64,000 nucleotides of DNA from Octopus bimaculoides (taxonomy: Eukaryota): NCBI RefSeq assembly GCF_001194135.2, contig NC_068999.1, positions 21,000,912 through 21,064,911 on the forward strand. Reading direction: 5' to 3'. The notes beneath the pieces are model-generated. The model had not been told where the DNA came from. It saw only the letters and a program-made list of their open reading frames with translations, and ran no database searches. Shown here piece after piece: positions 13,508-24,746 of this stretch (positions are counted from its first letter, which is position 1; the number at the start of each line of letters is the position of its first letter). Made by a program: the position numbers and the translations under genes.

Positions 13508-13941
13508 CGTGTGTGTGTGTGCGTGTGTGCACGCGCAATTGTGTGGAAGTTTGTTTAGGCTTGAAGTTGAATGTGCGTGTTTGTGTGTTTGTAAATGGAA
13601 TAGTTTTATTAAAATGATTTTATGTTCATAATATTTCACACTTACCAGAAACTATATTCTGGTAATCATGTGGTAAAGCACACAGGGAATAAATAAATCT
13701 CAATTATAAACGGGTTAATATTTTATGACCACCAGCAGAGATTTCCGTGAGGAGTATGACATCGTCTGAAATTAATTCCTCGTTAAAACTAATGTTAAGC
13801 AACAATATTTTTTGCTACTATTTGTGACTTGCACTATATAAATATACTTGCTTCTACTGTATAAAAAAAATAATGTAATGATTTGGCTGAATTTATAGAG
13901 CTTCAGACAAAATTACATACAATATTTACTTATGCTTTAAA

Positions 13942-14110
13942 GCGGCGAGCTGGCAGAAACGTTAGCAAGCCGGGCGAAATGCTTAGTTGTATTTCGTCTA
14001 CCGTTACGTTCTGAGTTCAAATTCCGCCAAGGTCGACTTTGCATTTCATTCTTTCTGGGGTCGATTACATAAGTACCAGTTACGTACTGGGGTTGATATA
14101 ATCGGCAGGG
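13942..14110 (+). mobile_element. SINE-A copy, 3'-truncated
   Basis: A-box-like ggcgagctggcagaaacgttagc, B-box-like gagttcaaattcc, and core. Left flank begins with aatatt (13921). Confidence 0.9.
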
Positions 14111-14264
14111 GCGACCTCTGTTGTACTATTTCGCCCCAAATTTCTCTCAGTGTTTCTTGAGTAACGCTGCGATGGAATGGCGTCCCGTCCAGCTGGGGGG
14201 ACACATATACGCCATAGAAACCGGGAAACCGGACCCACGAGCCTGGCTAGGCTTGAAAAGGATG

Positions 14265-14302
<38 letters not shown>

Positions 14303-14536
14303 TATACAGACATACACAGACATTCACATGCACATCTATATGTGTGTATATATATANNNNNNNNNNNNNNNNNNNNNNNNNNNNNNNNNNNNNNNNNNNN
14401 NNNNNNNNNNNNNNNNNNNNNNNNNNNNNNNNNNNNNNNNNNNNNNNNNNNNNNNNNNNNNNNNNNNNNNNNNNNNNNNNNNNNNNNNNNNNNNNNNNNN
14501 NNNNNNNNNNNNNNNNNNNNNNNNNNNNNNNNNNNN

Positions 14537-14573
<37 letters not shown>

Positions 14574-14599
14574 AACATGCGGTAGGGGTGCGTGTGTAA

Positions 14600-15137
14600 G
14601 GAAGGCAGCTGGCCTAGATTTAGCTCAGGATTTTTGGTTCAAGGTTTTGACGAATTTACAATCTAAACTACAAAACTCCAGCAAGGTTGTGTACTTCAAG
14701 GATTTGTACCAGAATGGGTGGTGAAAGGAGCGACTGTGTTGATTCAGAAAACTTCAGCCATATGTGCTGCGGACCATAACCATCGTCAGAATCTTTGCTT
14801 ACCTATGATGCAGAAACTTCTAACTGAGATAATGGGAAAGGAATATTTTGAATTCTTGAACGAAATGAACTGCTCGTGGAGGAACAGAAACGTCGCAGAA
14901 ATGGATTACGAGGAAGAAAGCATCAGCTGCAGATTAATAAGGTAATTTTTAGAAATTGCCGAGTATGATTGCAAACCTAGCAATGGATTGCACTGACTAT
15001 AGAAAGGCATATGAAATGATTCCTCACTCAAGCATTCTGAAATAAAACAAGATGGTCTGGGCAGTAGAAAGTATGATTTATTTATTCAAAATTTATATGA
15101 GATACTGGAAGAGAGTTCTGACTGCATGTGGAAGAGA
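14600..15137 (+). mobile_element. Dong/R4-clade non-LTR retrotransposon RT fragment
   Basis: Across frameshifts: KAAGLDLAQ(G)FWFK, PEWVVKGATVLIQK, CLPMMQKLLT, (L)VEEQK, QLQINKVIL, DYRKAYEMIPHS - RT motifs typical of R4/Dong elements. Confidence 0.8.
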
Positions 15138-15244
15138 AATATAACAAGTGGACACCAAAACGGAAGCTTTTCATCTGTTTTTTCTTGGCCCATCCTTCCC
15201 ATATTTATGAAAAGTATCCATTGAGGTTTGATTCTGTATACTCA

Positions 15245-15316
<72 letters not shown>
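15245..15316. repeat. (CT)n microsatellite
   Basis: Direct inspection. Confidence 0.98.
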
Positions 15317-15320
<4 letters not shown>

Positions 15321-15387
15321 CTTCAGAAAAGAGGATACCCTGAAACTCCCATACTCACCGCCTTCACGTGAAACTCTCATGGCATCC

Positions 15388-15588
15388 AAAGACATCAGAG
15401 ACTTGGGAGTAATTGTGGACAACAACACAAGCTGGGCCGCTCATATAAACAGCAAAGTCGACATGGCTCGCAGAATGTGCTCCTAGATTCTCAGAACTTT
15501 CTAGTCGAGAGATATCCACACCATTATCCTTCTCTTCTCTACATTTTCCCGACCCCACCTTGAATACCATTGTACACTGTGGTCACCC
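15388..15588 (+). mobile_element. CR1/L2-type LINE fragment (end of RT, thumb)
   Basis: Reads KDIRDLGVIVDNNTSWAAHINSKVDMARRMCS*ILRTF*SRDIHTIILLFSTFSRPHLEYHCTLWSP, matching the DLGV...W..HI...RPHLEY...WSP signature. Confidence 0.82.
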
Positions 15589-15994
15589 CACACAAAACAC
15601 CCAAGACTTGGACAACGTGCTGTCCGCCCACAATATAAATCATACTCGCATCACATAACAACAATCCGGCACAATTATTTCATCTCAATTGGCCCCGCTC
15701 ACTTTAATATTACTCATTAAACAGGAACAGACCCCATAAAGTTCAAGAAGTCTTCAAACAATCTAAAATAAACCTCCTACAGCTGGATGTGTTTCCATAA
15801 ACAACAACTCCTTCCCCGAGTGAGCCATGTTGTCCGATTCCTGATTTGAATGACTTTGAGAGGTCATGCTCTTAAGCTAGGCATGACCTGGGTCAATACT
15901 GGCCGAAACCTATCAAAGTATACATCTTTGTTGCTTTCCTTTTGCCCGACCTTGTCTTCTTCTTTAAAAGAATCCATGCTTGTTTTGATTCAAT

Positions 15995-16033
<39 letters not shown>

Positions 16034-16338
16034 NNNNNNNNNNNNNNNNNNNNNNNNNNNNNNNNNNNNNNNNNNNNNNNNNNNNNNNNNNCTTTCTCTC
16101 TCACACTAAATATAAAAATACAACGCTGCTTTTGGTACTGCTGCTGATTTTGTTATAATTAGGTAACATTCCCAGTTCTTAGTCGCCAACTCTAAACCGT
16201 TTTCTACAATATTTCCTTTTCTGTTTCTTTTTTAGATTTTGCTAAGCCCATTCCTTTATATATATATATATTCATATATTGACTAAATATTATGTATGTT
16301 TAATGCATTCATATATTATATTCAAGGTCATTTAGTCC

Positions 16339-16370
<32 letters not shown>

Positions 16371-16451
16371 CAACTGCTTTTCTTTAGCCCATCCGTCTGT
16401 TCTTTTAAATAAGCCATCATGGCTTTGCATTTTCTCTCTCTTTCTACTCTC

Positions 16452-16482
<31 letters not shown>

Positions 16483-16887
16483 TTTTCTCCCTGTCTCTCT
16501 CCAGTTTCTCTCACTCTCTCTCTCCCTTTCTCTTTCTCTCTTTCTCTCTCTCTCTCTCCCTCCCTCTCTCTCTCTTTTTCTCTCTCTGTGAGTATACATG
16601 CAAAACAGTTCTCTTAGTACTTCTGCTGTTATCACCAAGGCAACATTTTCAATTCTTTCTTAGACGCCAACTTCACTTCTACAAGTCGGTTTCTACAATA
16701 TTCTATTTTCTCTTTTTTCGACTTTACTCTCCCCAATACTTCATATAAATTTATGTATGTATATATGTGTGTGTGAGTTTGTGTGTGCTTATGTACATAC
16801 ATATATATCCATGCATACATACGTATATATATATATATATATATAAATATAAATATGTATTTACATACATACATACATACATATGTG

Positions 16888-16924
<37 letters not shown>

Positions 16925-16973
16925 NNNNNNNNNNNNNGAGAGAGAAAGATCGATAAATAAATAGATACATACA

Positions 16974-17050
<77 letters not shown>

Positions 17051-18587
17051 TATTTGGTAGGTTGTATGGATGTCAATCATAAGCATCGTTCTTGTCCTTG
17101 GATCCATTGCAAGAATCCACTCTGTTGAAAGAAAGATAACGATCTCTCAGCCTCCTCACCATTTTCAGAACTCCTACAAAATAACCATGGGCATTAACTT
17201 CCCTTGTGTGCCTTCGATATTTTACAAATGAATGAGAAAATCGATAATAAAATGACTAGAATCCACGACTAGTAAGTGGTCATCATATGCGTTCTATCCA
17301 TGATCAAATCAGATTCCTGCCTTGAATGTAGCAGTGCATAGTCCAATGAGTCACTCTCTTTTCAACGTTATAGGGTACAATCTGAAAGCCATTCCGCTGT
17401 TGTTTCTAGACGGTTAGAAAACACGTAGATATCTCAACGATAGATTTTACAGTGTCAGTATAGGTTTCATACAAACCTCTATCGTCATGTTGATTCTTAA
17501 TTGAGACAATAATTCCTAATTCTATAAAGAGCAAGCATTGTCTATTGAATATACGAACGGCTCTTAATTCAAATTGATTGTTGAGCTGAAAGGAAAATTT
17601 ATCTCATGTAGGACTTCATTAAAATTGTTATGATCGAAAATTTGGATTTCCTTATAAATTTGAAAGTCAAAGTATACCGAAGATTGGATTCCAATTTAGA
17701 ATTTAAATAGACATAACAACAAATTTTAATATATTAAATCTGGAACTTCAGGCCTAACGCAGTCTTCATCAAATATGCATATGGTTAAACATAAGCAAGC
17801 TGTGAATATTCTATTTCTATTAACTAATGTGTTCATCATAATTTATGTAGACCGTAAAGTTTAATTTGAGGAAGATTTTATTGTTCATGCTGCTAGCAGA
17901 TAAAATGGACACGTGGAGGCCTCTCGTAGGCTCATAGTTCTATTGTTTTGATATATTGCTGTTGATATTGATGTTTTGACTAGCTCAAATGAAAAAGTAG
18001 ACAAAATTCAGCACTGAAAATTGTTTTTTCAAAATAATCAAAAAATAGACGTTGAATCGAGAAAATTAAAATCAATACAGTTCCATATTGAATAGATGAT
18101 ATTGACAATCTTTGTGCATATGGGAATTCATAGCATAGCTTGATGAATAAGTTTGCCCTCTAGAAGGGAAAAATCTGACATCTTGGACATATAAATATAG
18201 CTGTTCCCGGCGATAATAAGCTCACGTTTAAAATTTGTCAATGCAAAAAGCTATGGGCGCTGCTTCATTGCCGCCCTAAGGCAGTATGGCATACAATACA
18301 GTATATCCCTTCTATTACTAACTGGGACAGTAAACGTAAAAATATTATTGGGTATGTGTTGAAGAAAATTTGGTGACAACTTTTAGTAGTTTAAACGAAT
18401 ATTCTGAGGCTTCCATAAGATCTTTTAATGTCTGAAAGATAATCGGTGTCAATACACAAAGAATATACTTGGATTCTGCGTGAAATAAAAATATATTACA
18501 GTGGAGGAATAGTAGATCTATTTACAGTATTACTGTCACCAAATCATTCCTTAAACAATTAGGCTTGTTAATATTAGGTTCCGTTAA

Positions 18588-18783
18588 GACGGCGAGCTAG
18601 CAGAGACGTTAGCACGCCGGGCGAAATGCTTAGCGGGATTTCGTCTGTCTTTACGTTCTGAGATCAAATTCCGCCGAGGTCGACTTTGCCGTTCATCCTT
18701 CGGAGTCGATAAATCAAGTACCACTTGTGTACTAGGGTCGATCGTACTAGGGGCCCCCTCCCCTTGTGCCTAGAGTAGAAAAG
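18588..18783 (+). mobile_element. SINE-A copy 1 of tandem pair
   Basis: Head, core and 3' end present. Flanked by aatattaggttccgtt (18570-18585) and aatattaggttctgtt (18784-18799). Confidence 0.92.
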
Positions 18784-18799
18784 AATATTAGGTTCTGTT

Positions 18800-19013
18800 A
18801 AGGCGGTGAGCTGGCAAATATGTTAGCACGTCGGGTAAAATGCTTAGAGGAACCTGGTGTGCCTTTACGTTCTAACTTTAAATTTTGCCGAAATCGACTT
18901 TGCTTTTCATCATCTCGAGATCGACAAAATAGTTGCGAGTTGAGCAGTTGGGTCGGTATATTCGACTTACCACCACTCTCAAAATGGCAAGCCTTGTGCC
19001 AAAAGTTGAGATC
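18800..19013 (+). mobile_element. SINE-A copy 2 of tandem pair (more diverged)
   Basis: Head, core and 3' end present. Followed by aatattaggttccgtt (19014-19029). Confidence 0.88.
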
Positions 19014-19089
19014 AATATTAGGTTCCGTTCTTTATTCAGAAGTAATCAGTAAATAATGCTTACAAATCCGTGACTTACAGCTTCATGGG

Positions 19090-19155
19090 AAGTAGACTAC
19101 TATTGTAAAAGTAGACTATCATTGTAAAAGTAGACTATCATTTTATAAAAGACTA
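19090..19155. repeat. 19-bp minisatellite, ~3 units (aagtagactatcattgtaa)
   Basis: Direct inspection. Confidence 0.85.
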
Positions 19156-19293
19156 TTCCGTCTTTAAAATGAAGTAAATTTAGTATAAAATATGCAATAC
19201 TTTCTCCCGAAATTTCCAATTCCTTATTTATAAAGGCTATTGATTTATGAATACTCCAGAAGGGCATTTTATTAATTGGTTTTAAATCATCAA

Positions 19294-19335
19294 ATTACTT
19301 ACATGAACGAATACATTACTTACATGAACGAATAC
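19294..19335. repeat. perfect 21-bp tandem duplication (attacttacatgaacgaatac x2)
   Basis: Direct inspection. Confidence 0.92.
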
Positions 19336-20074
19336 ATTTACTTAAAGGGAATATCATCGCACTCTAATAATTTCCTGCTTCACAAAAACTACATATTTGA
19401 AAGTATCAGAAATCTAACGAGGTACAGATCGAGATTGCGATTCGATAGAAGCCTTACGTTAAAAAGACATATATATTTGTACAAATCTACATATGTTAGC
19501 AGCAACGAAAAGAATTCTGCATTATTTTCCTTTTAGCAGCGCTTCAAAAGCTTACACTCACACAGAGATATTACATATACACACATACTTATAACTTTCA
19601 TACAAACACACACACGAACACACACACACATTGAAGTATATATCCTCAGATGAATATACACATGTATATATATATATATATATAATTTTTCTAAACATCA
19701 CAAAACATTCCAATGGCTTTCAGTTAAGATCTCGAAACTAGACATTAGGATGACTCATATTCGGACAAAATATTGCTGTTGTGTAATAAAACCGCTGATT
19801 TAAATAATATTCATAACGTGTCATGCAAGAAGTATTTTTGATCGGAACTTTAATCTATCCAGAACAAATTATTTTATTTACGAAATATTAAAGGCAATAT
19901 TTAATGTACAGAAACAGATTCAAAGATATTCCACTCACTGCGTACATACATCTCGAAAAAATAACATACGAAAAGAGAACAGATATTGTATAGCCATAAG
20001 CATATCCCATAAGTCGTCCCTGCTAACTTATGTAACCTCTGTCTGAATGTATACCACGTCTCTGTGTGTATGTG

Positions 20075-20122
20075 TGAGTTTGAGTGTGTGTGAGTTTGAG
20101 TGTGTGTGAGTTTGAGTGTGTG
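20075..20122. repeat. 16-bp tandem repeat x3 (tgagtttgagtgtgtg)
   Basis: Direct inspection. Confidence 0.9.
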
Positions 20123-20599
20123 TGTGTACGCTGATAGGTATTGTCCACACCATAACTGTAAGTAAAATTCAAATAGAATCTTTAGATACTTGTACATACC
20201 TATTTTCTCAAACATATATGACGCAATTTATTCTACTACCTTTTGCCAGCTTCGAATCTGTTTCATAATCTCATATTCTAAGAACTTGGCATATTTCTGG
20301 TTCATGAAGTGATCTAAGAGCAAATCAGTCAACAACTTCGACTGAATTTCGCATAAACTATTGCTTTATAAGTTTGTTTAGAGTTGCCTCTCTTAGGTAA
20401 ATCCCATTGACAAGAGCCAAGAAACTCGAAACATTGATATCTGGCATTCGTGATAGATGAAGACACTGAACAAATCGGGTGTTTTCACACATTTTTAACC
20501 ATAAGAGAGATATTTTCTCCACGGTAACTGGAGTGAATTTGCCTTTTAGCAGTTGAAATCTGTCACAAACATATTTTAACTAACCTAGGTGTGGGGGGG

Positions 20600-20762
20600 G
20601 GCGGAGTGGCTGTGTGGTAAGTAGCTTGCTTACCAGCCACATGGTTCCAGGTTCAGTCTCACTGCGTAGCACCTTGGGCAAGTGTCTTCTACTTATAGCC
20701 TCGGGCCCACTAAAGCCTTGAGAGTGGATTTGGTAGACGGAAACTGAAAGAAGCCCGTCATA

Positions 20763-20813
<51 letters not shown>

Positions 20814-21100
20814 TTGTGTATCTGTGTTTGTTCCCCCACCATCGCTTGACAACCGATGCTGGTGTGTTTACGTCCCCGTAACNNNNNNNNNNGTTTGTTC
20901 CCCCACCATCGCTTGACAACCGATGCTGGTGTGTTTACGTCCCCGTAACTTAGCGGTTCTGCAAAAAGTGACCGATAAAATAAGTACTAGGCTTACAAAG
21001 CATAAGTCCTGGGGTCGATTTGCTCGACTAAAGGCGGTGCTCCAGCATGGCCGCAGTCAAATTACGTAAACAAGTGAAAGAGCAAACAGAGAGTAAAGAG
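20600..21100 (+). mobile_element. SINE-B, best-preserved full-length copy
   Basis: tRNA-like head (ggagtggctgtgtggtaag...ggttcagtctc), core (gcaccttgggcaagtgtc...gtagacggaaactgaaagaagcccgtc), internal (TA)n(TG)n tract, 3' module and A/G-rich tail. Interrupted by a 10-N gap. Confidence 0.92.
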
Positions 21101-22778
21101 TATGCATATCTATAGTTATGTATGCATGTATGCATTTATGTATGTTTATATGCAGTTATATACACAAATATGCTTAAGTCTTGGCAACGCAATTCTTTAT
21201 TTTGTTATATTCATTACAGCCAAGATCATGACGGAGTACACTTATGTCTAAGTGAGTGGCCATACATTTATGAAGATATACATATATATGTGTGTGCGTG
21301 TGTATAGGGGACAGAAACAGAGAGAGAGAGTATGTGTGTGTATGTGTGTGTGTGTAAATGTATGCTTATATATTAATATATATCTACTTGCATCAAATCT
21401 ACGATTGCATTTTATATGTGTGCTAAGTCAAAGATATACTTTGTAAACGTATGTGTGCAATTACCTTGTATAAAGTAGACTTAAACAACATATGCATAAA
21501 TACTTCAGAAATATAAACACTTCGGAATCTATAAAATATGTCAATCCAAAAATAGGTATGCTTGCGCTGAGTAAGTTAAAAACGTTGTCGCGCTAAGCTA
21601 TAATGCTGGCAAACAAAGAGAACGTCTAGACAGAGTGATTAAAGAAATAAATGATTTTCTTACTTCAAAGATCACACTGTATTCAATATATTTGTCGCGA
21701 TATATTGTATATATACTTTAATAATGAAATTTACGAAGAATTAAAAGATCATTTTCTGTCTGGCTGCCACTTTTGAATTTCTTCAATTTTTCTGCCAAAT
21801 TACATAATATCTGGCGTACTGGTGTAGTTTTGTAAAGTAGTTATTGACATGGATTTATTTTCACCATAAATCGATAAATAATGTGTTAATAGCTTTTAAA
21901 ATTAGCCAATCCAAAGCCACAGACATATATGTGACTGTTTCCATACCAACAAGGCAAGCTGTAAGGAAGTTGTTTACCACGTGCTCTTTTTGTCGCTTGA
22001 TAAATGTATAAATCACATGCAGTATGAGATGTTCCAAAAATATCAGCCAAACATGCCTTAAATCACGCACACCCATTTTTTTTGGTGGGGGGGGGGTAAG
22101 CATAATCGTACGAATTCGCAAACATTTTCTGAAAATTCCAGAAAATAAAAAAAATTATGAGGGCTTATACGGCCTGCATAAAACAGAACTCCGCCAATAT
22201 TAGATCGTTTACAGTTGACAACATGTGCTGTCACGCACAAAATGACAGCTTTCTGTATTCTAACTGGGTAAAAAGTATCAAATTTAAACTAATGTAAGTT
22301 CTTTTTTTTTTTTTAGCTGTTCTGGAAAAAGTGAATAATCTCCTGCGATTCAGCGTGAACAATTACATCAATATACCAAATTTTAAAATTTTCACTAAAC
22401 TTTAAAATTTCCACAGGTACATCCAAACAGGAAAGGTCCGAATTGAATGCCCCAAAGTCCAATCGAAGGATGCCTAAATAAAGGGTAATATGGTTGAAGT
22501 GCTAAAAATATAGAGAAGAAATATGGTTCCATGCAGTTACGGGAGAGAATCATGTGACACATTCTAGGGGTGATGAATGAGTAATACTTGTCAAATATTC
22601 CATTCATTTAAATTATGAAATCCCCAGCGCAATATTTGTGGCATTTTTTCTGTGTTACACATCGAAATTATATCGTGAAGGTCGTGATGACAGCATTAAA
22701 TGAATGATTCACAAACCATTCTCTGTATAGAACACCAGTGAATAATCCATCTCAAGTGCTTTTTTTTTCCGTCCAAAG

Positions 22779-23127
22779 CAGGGGCTCTCAAACAATTATT
22801 AATTATGGACCCCTTTAATTACTATTTTTTTCTGGTGGATCCTCATAGCCTTTCGACGTTTAGTAACTTGTCTTATAGAAACATCTTTCAAAATTCCTAT
22901 TTGGTTTTTCACACGTTAACTTGTGTAGGTTAAACTATGTAAAATGTTAGAGAAACAAACCCATCTTCTTCTTGCAATACATACCAATACATACTCTTAG
23001 ATCAAAATTTTTTCAAAGGCCTTTCAAATAGTGTCGGGGATCCCTTGATTCACTATTTTGTTATGTAGATCCCAAAAATCGTATATGGACCATCAGGGGC
23101 CATATGGATTCCGGTTGAGAACATGTG
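22779..23127. mobile_element. possible hAT-family MITE, old
   Basis: Left end caggggctctcaaac vs right end ggttgagaacatgtg (10/15 complementary). Subterminal GGACCC/GGATCC motifs at both ends. 8-bp flanks gtccaaag / atctggag match at only 4/8. Confidence 0.42.
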
Positions 23128-23754
23128 ATCTGGAGGAAAAAATACTAGTGGTGGTGGTGGTTGGTGTTGTAGCTGTTGAATAGTATTTGAAGAGAAAACA
23201 TGATGGAGTTTTTCAAAACGTCTGTTAATTAATTTAAATGCCACTTCAATTTGTTTCAGTTTGTTTTGAATCTGCTTCTCGAAGCGATTTCTTAAAATGT
23301 TGAACTGTACGTCTTACTATTAGGTTCCGGCATGATGTGCCTATGTTCTCTGTTTGGGCAAAACAGTACTATGAATTCATTAGAAAATCTATTTCATTCT
23401 CAGACTATTTTTGTTTAGATTTTGGTTGTTGAGTAGTCATCCTAGAGATTTTTATGGGTTTTTAAAAATATATTTGGTAATTATTGATTTACTCTTTGCA
23501 TGAGCGTTCAGTTGTGCGGAAACGTAGGCAGCAATAGTGAAGAATTAGCGTAATGTGTATTTGTATTTGAAATAAATATTTACAGATGCTTTGAGATAAA
23601 ATATGTATATTATAGTGCAAAACTTTTTGCTTTGATGAGGTAATTTGTAATTAAGAAAATTCTGAGTACTTAGATATTTGTGGGTAGAAATATATATGTT
23701 GATGTTGTTAAAATAGAAGCTAGGGGTTGGTTGGTCACAGGTGGCTGTGGTGCT

Positions 23755-23796
<42 letters not shown>

Positions 23797-23841
23797 TCTG
23801 TGTGTGTGCGTGCGTATGTGTGTGTGTGTTTGTATGTGTGT

Positions 23842-23872
<31 letters not shown>

Positions 23873-24050
23873 CGCGTGCGTGTGTGTCTCTGCTTGTCAC
23901 TACCACTTCTCGACAACCAGTGTTGATGTGTTTATGTCCCCGTAACTGAGCGCATCGGCAAGAGACCAGAAGAGACAAACAAAATAAGTTCTGGGGTCGA
24001 CTCGTTCAACTAAACTTCATCAAAGTAGTACCCCAGCATGGCCACAGTAA
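23755..24050 (+). mobile_element. SINE-B 3' module preceded by expanded (TG)n
   Basis: cgacaaccagtgttgatgtgtttatgtccccgtaactgagcg...ataagttctggggtcgactcgttcaactaa...ccccagcatggccacag. Confidence 0.75.
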
Positions 24051-24710
24051 GATAAGGGTTAGAAGGCCTTAAAGTATGTGTCTGTTCAATCAAAGTTAAA
24101 CAGTAACATCAACGACAGCAACAAGTGAATGCATCGACAAGTGTAGGTAGTTCATGATATATGTACTTATGCATTCCCACTTGCAAGGTTTTTTTTACAA
24201 GGGATCCCATGGATTTTAGTAACCTACATGTCGAATGACGATGACGGACTTACTGCATTCGCTTCTATTGTATGATTTTTCAGGACTTATACCTGTCTAT
24301 GACGAATCTCTTATGAACTTTCACTCTCACTCCACCCCCACCCCTGGACATTCTTGCTTTCCCACTTTATTTATATAGCATTATTGTCCTTCCTGTGTAG
24401 ATATGTTATAAATGATTTTGTGCTTAGCGACTGCTTGTTCATAATTCATTTTATGATACATATCGTTGCTATTATGCAAAAGTGTCTAAGTCCGAAAAGT
24501 TGCTTATTCAGACAAAGAAAAACTATTTTCATCAATCCATAGCAAACCCGTTGTATTACACTTTGGCAATTTCTGTTATCTTGGCGTCTGAAGCAGCTGG
24601 AGATACGATAGTTTGATCAAAAGAACCGGCTATTGCAAGCAAAAATATACATTGAAACAAAGGCATTTGGCCAAATTTGGACATAAGACAGTTTTACATA
24701 ATAGCAACGA

Positions 24711-24746
<36 letters not shown>

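Noticed and set aside
13643-13666. Perfect 9-bp inverted repeat ttaccagaa-actata-ttctggtaa
   Set aside because: A single short palindrome of this size is expected by chance in 64 kb of AT-rich DNA.
18570-19155. Repeat-spacer-like pattern suggesting a CRISPR array
   Set aside because: The 'spacers' are ~200-bp SINE copies, the context is eukaryotic, and there are no cas genes.
20600-20680. tRNA-like sequences with A/B boxes (also all SINE-A heads)
   Set aside because: They do not form complete cloverleafs and continue directly into SINE bodies, so they are SINE heads rather than tRNA genes.
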